DNA from: a bacterium
GTDB taxonomy: Bacteria > Hinthialibacterota > Hinthialibacteria > Hinthialibacterales > Hinthialibacteraceae
DNA: 64,000 bases
NCBI GenBank assembly: GCA_963663405.2
Contig: CAXXSM010000149.1
Coordinates: 32,001 to 96,000, forward strand
Reading direction: 5' to 3'
The notes beneath the pieces were generated by a model, which was given only the letters and a program-made list of their open reading frames with translations, did not search any database and was not told the origin of the DNA. The position numbers and the translations under genes are program-made. Shown here in pieces: positions 1-9,256 of this stretch (position 1 is its first letter; each line of letters opens with the position of its first letter).

Positions 1-2682
1 GCAATGAAGTCAAAAGGATTCAGCGGGGCGATGCTTTTTGACGCGGGGGGCGCTGAGCAACGGGGGAATAGCCAAGTTCCACCCGGACCGACTTTCGGCA
101 GTCCAGAATGGCGTGAACTGTATAAACACGCTCTGAAAGAAGCGGAGCGGTTAGGTTTGGTTTTGGGGCTTTCGATCCAGAGCGGTTGGAATCTGGGGGG
201 GCCGAATGTGACGCCTGATTTTGCGGCTAAACAGTTGACATTTTCTGAAATCGATATTGCGGGACCGGCGAAATACAATAAGAAACTTCCTTTGCCAAAG
301 ACGAGAAACGATTTCTATCAAGATATCCGTGTTTTGGCGTTTCCAAAAAAGGCGTCAGAAAAAGCAGCTCCCATTCGTGATCTACAATTGAAATCCATGT
401 ACCGGGAATTGGGTGGGTCCGCTCCCGACTGCCGGTTTTTGCTTGATGATATACCGGGTACGCCCGGGGAGGCGGATGTCCGTCTCAATGAGATTCGTGA
501 TATTTCGGATTGCTTGAATACAGATGGCGTTCTTACTTGGGATGTTCCACAGGGGGAATGGATTGTGCTGCGTTTCGGCGCCACGCTGACAGGAGCGCAT
601 GTCTCCACGTACAGCGCGGATTGGCATGGAATGGTGATTGACTATTTAAAGAAAGAACCGTTTCAGCGGTATTGGGATGAAGTAGTAGCGCCTTTGATTG
701 AAGACGCCGGTCCTTTGGTTGGGTGTGTGTTGCAGCAGCTGGAAACGGATAGTTGGGAATGTGGGGGGATGAATTGGACGGAGGGATTTGAAGATGAATT
801 TATGCGTTTCCGAGGGTACGATCCAATTCCATACCTGCCGATTTTTGCTGGAAAAATTGTTGAAAGCCGGGAGATCAGCAACTGCTTTCTCGCAGATTTT
901 CGAAAAACGCTGGGGGATTGTGTCGCGGAGAATCATTACGGTCAATTCGCCCATCTAGCTCATCAGCTGAATCTCGAAATCCAGCCGGAATCGGGCGGGC
1001 CTCACGCGGGGCCGTTTGACGCGATGAAAAATCTTGGGAAAAACGATATTGTCATGGGGGAATTCTGGGTTCCTTCCCCCCACCGGCCGAAACCGGAAAA
1101 CCGGTTCTTTATCAAGCAGTCATCTTCTGTCGCGCACATCTATGGGAAGCGGTATGTGGGGGCGGAATCGTTTACTTCTATTGGGCCGCATTGGGATGAC
1201 GTTCTTTGGAAATCGCAGAAACCCAGCGCGGATCATGAATTCTGTTCGGGACTCAATATGATCTTTTTCCATACCTTTACCTGTTCACCAAAAGAGATGG
1301 GGCTTCCTGGGCAGGAGTATTTCGCTGGAACGCATATCAATCCGCAAGTGACGTGGTGGGAATATTCCGGCGCGTTTATTACGTATCTGAACCGGTGTCA
1401 TTATCTATTTCAGCAAGGCCGGTTTGTGGCTGACGTTCTGTATTATTATGGCGATCACGCGCCGAATTTGGTTCGTCTCAAAGAAGACGATCCAGCAGGG
1501 GCGCTGCCCGGTTTTGATTACGATGTGACCAATGAAGAGATTGTTTTGCAGTTAATCGTCGATGATGGTTTGATTGTGGTTCCTGGTGGCGTTCAATATC
1601 AGATACTCGTTCTGCCGGACCACAAAGTTCTTTCGCTGGCGGTTCTTGAAAAAGTGGATGAATTACTCAAAGACGGCGCTGTTGTTGTTGGCCCTAAGCC
1701 AGAACGTCTTGTCAGTTTGGTTGGCGGTGAAGAAAGTCAGAGTAAGTTCAAAAGAATCGCTAACAAACTATGGGGAGTGGATCCGGCTCCGATTGGTGAA
1801 AAGCCGATTGGCAAAGGTCAATTGATCTGGGGAAAGTCAGCGCGTGAAGTGTTATTGGAACTGGATCGATCACCGGATTGCATGGTTGAGAATGCAAAAC
1901 AATGTGTGGATTATGATTACATCCATTATACAATCGATGGCGCTGATGTTTATTATGTGTGTAACCAAACCGAAACGCCACTTGCTATGAATTGTGTGTT
2001 CCGGATTCAAGGCAGGCAGCCGGAATTATGGGATCCCATTTCTGGTGAAATTCGGGTATTGGAGGCTTTTTCACAACGTGATGGGGGGATGGAGATTCCT
2101 CTTCGTTTTACGCCTTATGGATCATGGTTTGTTGTCTTTCGTCAATCGATTCCTCAAAACAAGCAGGGAACTCAAAAGAGTAATTTTAATGAATACAAAA
2201 TGATCCAGCCGATCGATGGTCCTTGGACGCTGCATTTTGATCCAGAGTGGGGAGGGCCGGAAGAAGTTACGTTTAATGACTTGATTAGTTGGACGGATCA
2301 TTCCAATCCGGGAATTAAATATTATTCGGGAAAAGCTACGTATGCGAAACGCTTTGATTTTTTGTATCCCCAAAAAACAACAAAGCGTTTCTGGATTGAT
2401 TTAGGGTTGGTGAAGGATGTCGGAATCGCCGCAGTCCGGTTGAATGGAAAAGAATTAGGGATCGTATGGACGCCACCGTTTCGCATAGAATGCACGGATG
2501 CTTTGCGTGCGGGTGAAAATCAACTTGAAATCGATGTGATCAACTCATGGCGCAACCGGCTGATCGGCGATCGTGAATTGCCGGAAGAGAAACGATTGAC
2601 GAAAACGAATATTACAGTGCGGCCGGATTGGAAATTGATGGATTCGGGATTATTGGGGCCTGTGGTGATTTTATCGGAATGA
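1..2682 (+). CDS. GH106-family glycoside hydrolase (alpha-L-rhamnosidase-like), 5'-truncated by the window edge
   Basis: Motifs typical of GH106: GWNLGGP, TDSWE, MGEFW, AESFT, FFHTF, PELWDP, and a C-terminal sugar-binding domain ending NSWRNRLIGD...SGLLGPV. The frame is open to position 1 and MKSKGFSG looks internal. Confidence 0.85.
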   Translation, partial: AMKSKGFSGAMLFDAGGAEQRGNSQVPPGPTFGSPEWRELYKHALKEAERLGLVLGLSIQSGWNLGGPNVTPDFAAKQLTFSEIDIAGPAKYNKKLPLPKTRNDFYQDIRVLAFPKKASEKAAPIRDLQLKSMYRELGGSAPDCRFLLDDIPGTPGEADVRLNEIRDISDCLNTDGVLTWDVPQGEWIVLRFGATLTGAHVSTYSADWHGMVIDYLKKEPFQRYWDEVVAPLIEDAGPLVGCVLQQLETDSWECGGMNWTEGFEDEFMRFRGYDPIPYLPIFAGKIVESREISNCFLADFRKTLGDCVAENHYGQFAHLAHQLNLEIQPESGGPHAGPFDAMKNLGKNDIVMGEFWVPSPHRPKPENRFFIKQSSSVAHIYGKRYVGAESFTSIGPHWDDVLWKSQKPSADHEFCSGLNMIFFHTFTCSPKEMGLPGQEYFAGTHINPQVTWWEYSGAFITYLNRCHYLFQQGRFVADVLYYYGDHAPNLVRLKEDDPAGALPGFDYDVTNEEIVLQLIVDDGLIVVPGGVQYQILVLPDHKVLSLAVLEKVDELLKDGAVVVGPKPERLVSLVGGEESQSKFKRIANKLWGVDPAPIGEKPIGKGQLIWGKSAREVLLELDRSPDCMVENAKQCVDYDYIHYTIDGADVYYVCNQTETPLAMNCVFRIQGRQPELWDPISGEIRVLEAFSQRDGGMEIPLRFTPYGSWFVVFRQSIPQNKQGTQKSNFNEYKMIQPIDGPWTLHFDPEWGGPEEVTFNDLISWTDHSNPGIKYYSGKATYAKRFDFLYPQKTTKRFWIDLGLVKDVGIAAVRLNGKELGIVWTPPFRIECTDALRAGENQLEIDVINSWRNRLIGDRELPEEKRLTKTNITVRPDWKLMDSGLLGPVVILSE

Positions 2683-2704
2683 TCGAAATGGACGTATTAT
2701 ATGT

Positions 2705-3799
2705 ATGGTGATAGATATGAAAATTGGATGGGTAAATATCAGTTGTCTATTCATCATTATTGTTTGTCTATTTGATATCGTTTTAGGGGATGAATCAACT
2801 GGACTTTCTGCACGTTCAACGAATGACAGTAATCCTATCGATCTTTGGTATGGATCTAAACAGCGTTTTGGCGATCTTGGAAAGCCGCAGCGCTGGATCA
2901 ATGTTCTAGGAAATCTGAAACAGGCTTCGAAATATAACAAACTTACATTTTCACTAAATGGAGGAGGCGAACGTAATCTATCTCTTGGATGTGATCTTCA
3001 CCGCCTTGCGCGGGATGGGGATTTTAATGTTGAACTGAGCTGTGATGAAGTGAAAGTTGGAACGAATCAATTATCTCTTACCGCCTATTCGAATGCAGGT
3101 AAAACATACAAGCGCGCTGTTACACTTCTTGTGAAGAAGAACCAAAAATGGCCGTTGCCATATGAGATTGATTTCAGTAAGGTGGAGAATCTGCCGAGTG
3201 TGGTTCAGATTGTTGATGGAAAGTGGTGTTTAACCCACGCAGGCGTTCGGACGGTTGAACCATATTATGATCGTGTGCTGAGCATGGGAGATCAATTATG
3301 GACAAATTATGAAACCACTGTAAGGTTGACTGTCCATGATTTTACTCCACCAAAGAAAGGGCCTCCTACGTATAATGTCACTCATTTTGGAGTCGCGTTC
3401 CGGTGGCGGGGGCATACACAGGATGGTCTGCAACCGAGCCGGAGATGGTATCCCTTGGGAGCGCAAGGGGAATTTTTAGTGCGGAACAATTTATCGGATT
3501 GTCAGTATCGGATTTTGTTTGGGGGTGGAAAAAATTGGGAGCCGGTCTATTCACCCAAAAGAAATCTCATTCAACTTGACAAACCAATTCTCATCAAAGC
3601 GCAGGTAACGACAATGGATGATGGGCGTTCTCGATATCGATTCAAACAATGGAATGAGCAGGAGTCTGAACCTGAGGTATGGGATGTTGAGGGCTATGAA
3701 GATCCTTCAACCGATTATCCATCAGGTTCGTTATGTTTGGTTCCCCATAATACTGATGTTACGATTCATCATGTGCGGATCGTCTCGCTGAACGATTGA
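2705..3799 (+). CDS. Secreted hypothetical protein, beta-rich (Ig-like plus possible concanavalin-like domain)
   Basis: 364-aa ORF with an N-terminal hydrophobic segment, 22 bp after the GH106 gene. Fold is inferred only. Confidence 0.6.
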   Translation: MVIDMKIGWVNISCLFIIIVCLFDIVLGDESTGLSARSTNDSNPIDLWYGSKQRFGDLGKPQRWINVLGNLKQASKYNKLTFSLNGGGERNLSLGCDLHRLARDGDFNVELSCDEVKVGTNQLSLTAYSNAGKTYKRAVTLLVKKNQKWPLPYEIDFSKVENLPSVVQIVDGKWCLTHAGVRTVEPYYDRVLSMGDQLWTNYETTVRLTVHDFTPPKKGPPTYNVTHFGVAFRWRGHTQDGLQPSRRWYPLGAQGEFLVRNNLSDCQYRILFGGGKNWEPVYSPKRNLIQLDKPILIKAQVTTMDDGRSRYRFKQWNEQESEPEVWDVEGYEDPSTDYPSGSLCLVPHNTDVTIHHVRIVSLND

Positions 3800-3962
3800 T
3801 CCTTCCCGCTTATCTGATTTTCTATTATTTTTTTTCTGCCTAATTTGAAATCCATGATATAGTGAATGGAGGAATCGTGTGGCTCATTTCTGGTGGGTAT
3901 ATTGTTGATCGGAAAGAGCCGGAATTCTTTTTTTATTATTTGACATGTGATTTCAAAATCTT

Positions 3963-6182
3963 ATGAGCTTAGTCATATTCTTTGCAATCAAGGAGTCAAA
4001 AATCGTGAAATGCAATACAGCGATTATTGGAGTTTTACTATTGTTTTCGGCTGTGATTGGCGCCACGTTTCCGTTGCATATCTTTCCGCAGAGCGTCCAG
4101 GGCGAACTCGTTTTTGTGGAGCCGTTTGAAACGAATGTGATGGATAGTGGTTGGGATATCATCGATAATGGGGGAGCGGTTGCGGAGATATTGGGACCCA
4201 TCGCGCCGGGTGTGGATGGTGGTTCAGCCGTTGAAATCAGCGTGAATACGCCGTCAGATGTCTCATTGAATCACGTGCAGTTTTACAATGAATCGATTCC
4301 CCTTCCCGAGAATTCCACACAATACGATTGGCGTGTGACTTTTTGGATTCGGACCGAGACCGCGCCATTCACCATTCGGACAATCTTGGCTATGGGGGAA
4401 AGTCCCTGGAGTGGAGTGGATGTGGACTACATAGTAGAAACGGCGGGGCAATGGGAATTCGTGGATGTCATTTTGGATGCAAGTGATTTTCTTACGACCG
4501 ATCCCCTTTTATTGACGCTGCATATGGGGAATTCTGGAGACTCGAATGGAGATAATGAGATTTGGATAGACGATTTGAAATTGTATCTTCTAAGTCCAAT
4601 GGAAATGCCCACTCCAACACAAGAACCGGCTCCTTCCCCTGTTCAAACGGTTTCAGCGTGTGAACCAGGATATGACTTGGTATATATATTTCATTGTAAG
4701 AGTCAAGATGAGTATATTGAAATTCCAGGGGGTTATGTTGTGGGCGCTCCGGGCGGACTTGTGGAAGTGACAACAATCCCAGATGATCCTGACAGCGCTA
4801 GTGATATGAGGGGTGTCAAAATTACAGCCAGTCCGGGAGAGATATCATTCCTGCAGTTTGACACAGTCGATATTGGAAATGATATGGCGTTCATCCGGGC
4901 GTATGTGCAGTCGGCTGGTTCGGGCGCGCAAGTGGCGCTGGCGTCATTGGACGGTTCGATGGATCGATCGATCGCCACTGTCATTCCGAATGACAGTGCA
5001 ATTTTCAAGGACCGCTATCACTGCATGCCTTTGATCTTTGATCCACCGGGAACATCGGTGGCTCCCGTTTTTCAGGTCGCTAATTCTGGGGTGAACGATG
5101 TAATCCTCTATCTCGATCGGGTGGAAGTGTACCGGATTTTGGAAGATGGCTATGTGCCTAGCGCATTTCTGCGTGGAAACATGCTCGGTCCAATTCCCAC
5201 AAATACTCCGGTTATTGCACCAACCGAGATTCCTACTGTTCCCCCGATCCAAACGCCTACTGATACTATTACGCCAGTTCCACCGGAAGTCGCTGTCAAT
5301 AAGATCGCGGGCTGTCAGATTTTTCCTGCGAATAATATTTGGAATGCGCGTGTCGATCATTTGCCGGTCGATTCCCGATCGGACGCCTATATTGAATCCA
5401 TTGGTCCAAACACCGGATTGCATCCAGATTTCGGGAGTGGAACATGGGCGGACGCGCCGATTGGAATTCCTTATATTGATGTTCCTGGAGATCAACCGCT
5501 CGTTCCGGTTACATTTGAGTATGCTGATGAAAGCGATCCCGGCCCCTATCCCATTCCCGCCGATCCACCGATCGAAGGAGGGCCCGATAGCGCGGGAGAC
5601 CGGCATATTCTCATGATCGATCGTGATAATTGTATATTGTATGAACTCTATTCCACCTATCCGAATAATGATGGAACATGGCGCGCGGGTTCAGGCGCGA
5701 TTTTTGATCTTCAGTCCAACGTACTCCGGCCGGATGGATGGACCTCGGCGGACGCGGCGGGATTGCCCATTTTACCAGGACTCGCGCGGTATGAAGAAGT
5801 GGAAGCGGGTGAGATCACTCACGCTCTTCGTTTTACTTGTGCGCGAACAAGGCGGGATTATGTTTGGCCGGCACGGCATTTCGCTTCGCAACGAACGGAT
5901 CTGTCAATTCCCCCGATGGGACAGCGGTTCCGGTTGAAATCTTCATTTGATGTTTCTTCGTATTCCTATCAAATCCAAGTGATCCTCAACGCATTGAAGA
6001 AATACGGTATGATTTTAGCTGATAATGGAAGCGACTGGTATATCAGCGGCGCGCCCCATGAAGGATGGGATAACGATCAACTGGTGAGTGAATTACGCAC
6101 TGTGCATGGATCGAATTTCGAAGCGGTGGATGTATCCAGTGTGATAGTGGATTATGATTCTGGAGAAGTGGTAGCTCCATGA
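3963..6182 (+). CDS. Secreted multidomain protein: CBM4/9-like domain, Pro/Thr linkers, domain shared with ORF 25564-27237, conserved uncharacterised C-terminal domain
   Basis: Signal-like N-terminus; IWIDDLKLY jelly-roll end; PTPT linkers; C-terminal block NIWN...DESDPGPYPIP...GDRH...WTSADAAGLPILPGL...HALRFT. Confidence 0.7.
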   Translation: MSLVIFFAIKESKIVKCNTAIIGVLLLFSAVIGATFPLHIFPQSVQGELVFVEPFETNVMDSGWDIIDNGGAVAEILGPIAPGVDGGSAVEISVNTPSDVSLNHVQFYNESIPLPENSTQYDWRVTFWIRTETAPFTIRTILAMGESPWSGVDVDYIVETAGQWEFVDVILDASDFLTTDPLLLTLHMGNSGDSNGDNEIWIDDLKLYLLSPMEMPTPTQEPAPSPVQTVSACEPGYDLVYIFHCKSQDEYIEIPGGYVVGAPGGLVEVTTIPDDPDSASDMRGVKITASPGEISFLQFDTVDIGNDMAFIRAYVQSAGSGAQVALASLDGSMDRSIATVIPNDSAIFKDRYHCMPLIFDPPGTSVAPVFQVANSGVNDVILYLDRVEVYRILEDGYVPSAFLRGNMLGPIPTNTPVIAPTEIPTVPPIQTPTDTITPVPPEVAVNKIAGCQIFPANNIWNARVDHLPVDSRSDAYIESIGPNTGLHPDFGSGTWADAPIGIPYIDVPGDQPLVPVTFEYADESDPGPYPIPADPPIEGGPDSAGDRHILMIDRDNCILYELYSTYPNNDGTWRAGSGAIFDLQSNVLRPDGWTSADAAGLPILPGLARYEEVEAGEITHALRFTCARTRRDYVWPARHFASQRTDLSIPPMGQRFRLKSSFDVSSYSYQIQVILNALKKYGMILADNGSDWYISGAPHEGWDNDQLVSELRTVHGSNFEAVDVSSVIVDYDSGEVVAP

Positions 6183-6264
6183 TTATATTTGTGTTGGTTG
6201 AGTTTTGATATTTTATCCTGCCTATGAGTAATCGGCTAGTTGAAAAATGGCAATTCAAAAATAT

Positions 6265-6511
6265 GGTTCATCCGGTAATTGAGTACAAAAATCATTTTGG
6301 AAATTGCGATCTTTGTTCAGGATGGCTTAATCGTCTGAACCCTGATTCTAAGGATTATGAGATTACCATGATTTAAAAATCAAGATAATCATGCAAATCA
6401 AGTAAATCAAGGTTCAGACAATAAGGATCCTGACATAGCAGCACTAGGCTTCAAAATTTCCAGCAAAAGTGAATGGATTGTTATGAAAAGTACTCACTTG
6501 CTGGATGAGCC
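6265..6511 (+). mobile_element. MITE copy 1 (non-coding, 22-bp imperfect TIRs)
   Basis: GGTTCATCCGGTAATTGAGTAC (6265-6286) matches the reverse complement of 6490-6511 at 18/22 positions. Homologous over its whole length to 13116-13381 in inverted orientation. Confidence 0.8.
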
Positions 6512-6554
6512 TTCAACATTTTCTGAATCACATTTCTTATATCATTCATAACTA

Positions 6555-6620
6555 ATGGTAGGGTTTTTACTACCATAAAATGGATACTTTTCCTACTAGA
6601 CATGTAGTGAATATATCCAT
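6555..6620. promoter_or_regulatory. Two palindromic candidate operators upstream of module 1
   Basis: ATGGTAG-N8-CTACCAT (6555-6576) and ATGGATACTTTTCCTAC-N7-GTAGTGAATATATCCAT (6580-6620, 13/17 inverted match). Confidence 0.45.
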
Positions 6621-6660
6621 ACAGTTTCTACACTGCTCTACGAGCAGAGAATCTATTTCT

Positions 6661-8202
6661 ATGAAAGAGAGAAGAATGATGAAAAGAGTTTTGCTAGTTG
6701 TTCTTGTGGGGGTGTTATTTATCACTTCTGTCTATGCAGATCGGAGCCAGTACGATCCAACGAAAACACAGTTCGCCCTGCCTTTGTTGATTGACAATCC
6801 GGCGTTAGGGCCGATTGTTGTGGATGGCATCATCCATACAAGCAGGAATCAAGATGACAGTGAAGCCTGGGAGTCCGCGTACCGCTGGACTGTGTCGCCT
6901 GATTCCTCGTTGGATGACGGTGTCGCTTATGGGCATATGTCGCTAGGGGATCCACCGGAAAGCAGTGATGATCTGAGTTTTACGATCTACATCGGATATG
7001 ACAGCAAAAACCTCTATGTGGGTGTGTCAGTCAGCGATTTCGATAATTATGATGACGACGCGGCGGAAGGATCGTACAACGAAGGAAACACCTGGGACGA
7101 CGACAGTGTGGAGATTTTTGTTGATGGCGATAACAGTAATTATCCCGAACGGGATACAACGGGAAGCAATCCTGACGTTGTCGATACCGGTGGACAGTAT
7201 GTAATCACATTTAATAATGCAAGCCGTGACGCGGAAGCGGGCAGTCCCGGATTCGGGCCGGACGCGGCCTGGTACGCGAGGACGGAATTTACAGATGTTG
7301 GTTACGATGCGGAATTCCGGATTTCGTTAAGCGAGATCGGGAATCCCCAGCCGGGTGATATCATTGGCTTTACCGTCGCAGTCAACGATGATGACGACGG
7401 CGGCGCCAGTGAGCGGCAGATGATTTGGGCGGGTGAAACCCACGTCGAAGCAAGTTATGGGAATCTCGTGTTTGGTGGACGTACGATTGTCGCGCCGAAA
7501 GTCTCGACAGCGCCGACGATTGATGGCGTGATAGATCTAAGTGAATATCCCGGCGCGGTTGAACAGATTGTCAATCAGTATACCGGCAATACTTCTACTG
7601 AAGACGACGCATGGGAAGCCGGTGATTTAGAAATGTCGGCATGGGTCGTACACGATGAGGATTATATCTACGTGGCGGTCGATGTGCTGGACGACGCGAT
7701 TGTAAACGATACGGTTTCCACGCCTGGATCAATGGGGGGAAACACCTGGGATGATGATGGAATCGAAATCTATTTTGATTCGGATGAAACAAACCGGCAT
7801 AACTATTTTGGCCCCGCTCATCTGCCCCGGCATGAAGGCAATTACAACACCACCGCGAATAATTCGATCGGCGCCCCTCCGACAGGCCCTGTTTATGGGG
7901 ATGATCCAGACGCTGATTATTATTCCTTAACGACATTGACGGATGACGGTTATCAGTTGGAATTCCGGATCAAGAAACTGGCGTTGACGATTCCCGGCGA
8001 AGATGTGTTGATGGATACGTTTGGATTCAATTTCAGCGCGAACGATGATGACATCGTAGATCCTGACGGGACCACCGGTGACCGGGACGCGCCTGGCGGA
8101 CAATATCACTGGAACGGTACCGCGAATTCCGAACGGAGCTACGGCTTTTTAACATTGTCACCTGAGGAATTCACCGCCGTTCAGGAATGGGCTCTTTATT
8201 AA
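6661..8202 (+). CDS. Secreted protein with tandem CBM9/DOMON-like sugar-binding domains and C-terminal TAVQEWALY tail
   Basis: Signal peptide MMKRVLLVVLVGVLFITSVYA (start 6661, 6676 or 6679). Two repeats of P-x-[VI]DG...[YH]D...YV.V.V.D...NTWDDD.[VI]EI..D...EFRI...GF....NDDD. Confidence 0.8.
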   Translation: MKERRMMKRVLLVVLVGVLFITSVYADRSQYDPTKTQFALPLLIDNPALGPIVVDGIIHTSRNQDDSEAWESAYRWTVSPDSSLDDGVAYGHMSLGDPPESSDDLSFTIYIGYDSKNLYVGVSVSDFDNYDDDAAEGSYNEGNTWDDDSVEIFVDGDNSNYPERDTTGSNPDVVDTGGQYVITFNNASRDAEAGSPGFGPDAAWYARTEFTDVGYDAEFRISLSEIGNPQPGDIIGFTVAVNDDDDGGASERQMIWAGETHVEASYGNLVFGGRTIVAPKVSTAPTIDGVIDLSEYPGAVEQIVNQYTGNTSTEDDAWEAGDLEMSAWVVHDEDYIYVAVDVLDDAIVNDTVSTPGSMGGNTWDDDGIEIYFDSDETNRHNYFGPAHLPRHEGNYNTTANNSIGAPPTGPVYGDDPDADYYSLTTLTDDGYQLEFRIKKLALTIPGEDVLMDTFGFNFSANDDDIVDPDGTTGDRDAPGGQYHWNGTANSERSYGFLTLSPEEFTAVQEWALY

Positions 8203-8324
8203 TGACCGCATGATTGGATAGCCAAACACGGATCACTCTTGTATTAACATCTCGCGTTTTATGTGTGTAATAAACAAGGGATCCGAGGAGACCGTGATGG
8301 ATCTCCATCATGAGAAAACAAAAT

Positions 8325-8364
8325 GAGGTTCGGGCGATGTCCCTCAGAGGCGCGCCCGAACCTC
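8325..8364. repeat. Intergenic GC-rich hairpin (REP-like or RNA-stabilising)
   Basis: Perfect 12-bp stem GAGGTTCGGGCG / CGCCCGAACCTC between the tailed protein gene and the pilin gene. Confidence 0.55.
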
Positions 8365-8492
8365 CCTCCCCTAACAACCATCAGACTGTTAAACGTGTAC
8401 AACGTAAGGTGAATGAGGACAGTAAGAAAACGCGTATGTTTCAATGGGCGATTCGAAACAACGAAAGGCATGGACGGAACAGAATGGTTTAT

Positions 8493-9143
8493 ATGCGATC
8501 AGCGAAAAAGGGATTTACGTTAATTGAATTATTGATAGTGGTGGCGATTATTGGTATATTAGCCGCGATCGCGGTGCCGAATTTTCTAAATGCGCAGATT
8601 CGCGCGAAGATGGCGCGCTGTTTCGCCGATATGCGTTCGGTTGGAAATGGTATCGAACAGCTGCGGCTAGATAAGGGTGTACTGTTAATCGACTGGTGGG
8701 ATGACGATGCGCAATGGGGGCAGGAACGGTTGACGAATATCTTTAATCTTGTCGGCGCCGGGCCGGATTTTGAAGCCCGTGGAAAAGACGCTGTCATGGC
8801 TCCGTTGACCAGTCCGGTGGCGTATTTGTCTTCCATCCCAACCGATCCATTCCAGACCGGGCCGGAATTCAATTATCCTTATTACTATTATTTAGACAAC
8901 GATCCGGAAGGATCGGGTGAAGATCACGATTTCCCGGTTTACCGTATACAATCCGCCAAGCAGTATGGCACTTCACCTCTTCGCGAAGGGGAATGGGCCT
9001 TGGGTGGAATCGGGCCGGATAAAGCGTGGTACGAGACGGTGGGTGGAGATAATGTAAGTGATTTGCGGGGCGTTCATTACGATCCCTCCAATGGGCTGGT
9101 CAGCCGGGGTGATATCATGCTGACATCGCGAGGGATCAATTGA
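8493..9143 (+). CDS. Prepilin-type N-terminal cleavage/methylation protein (GspG-like paralogue)
   Basis: Class III signal MRSAKKG|FTLIELLIVVAIIGILAAIAVPNF, plus P.DPF and GPD motifs. The ORF-track start at 8310 is over-extended. Confidence 0.9.
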   Translation: MRSAKKGFTLIELLIVVAIIGILAAIAVPNFLNAQIRAKMARCFADMRSVGNGIEQLRLDKGVLLIDWWDDDAQWGQERLTNIFNLVGAGPDFEARGKDAVMAPLTSPVAYLSSIPTDPFQTGPEFNYPYYYYLDNDPEGSGEDHDFPVYRIQSAKQYGTSPLREGEWALGGIGPDKAWYETVGGDNVSDLRGVHYDPSNGLVSRGDIMLTSRGIN

Positions 9144-9256
9144 TGAGAACCACCTGCGTTTAGTATGAATTTATCTCTTCCCGTAGACAGCCCACTCCTT
9201 CAAGTCAATTATCTTTTCCCTTTATTGAAAGTGAATATTGTGTTACGTTTGAACGT

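Noticed and set aside
4944-5606. Long antisense or alternate-frame ORFs (also 17728-18360, 45323-45997, 48339-49004, 57348-57932)
   Set aside because: They overlap well-supported genes and have no recognisable motifs, so they are shadow ORFs.
8310-8492. Long N-terminal extensions of the pilin ORFs (also 31145-31330) and of ORFs starting at 6580, 50187 and 51205
   Set aside because: Signal motifs and RBS positions point to downstream starts, and several of the extensions run through hairpins, operators or the upstream gene.
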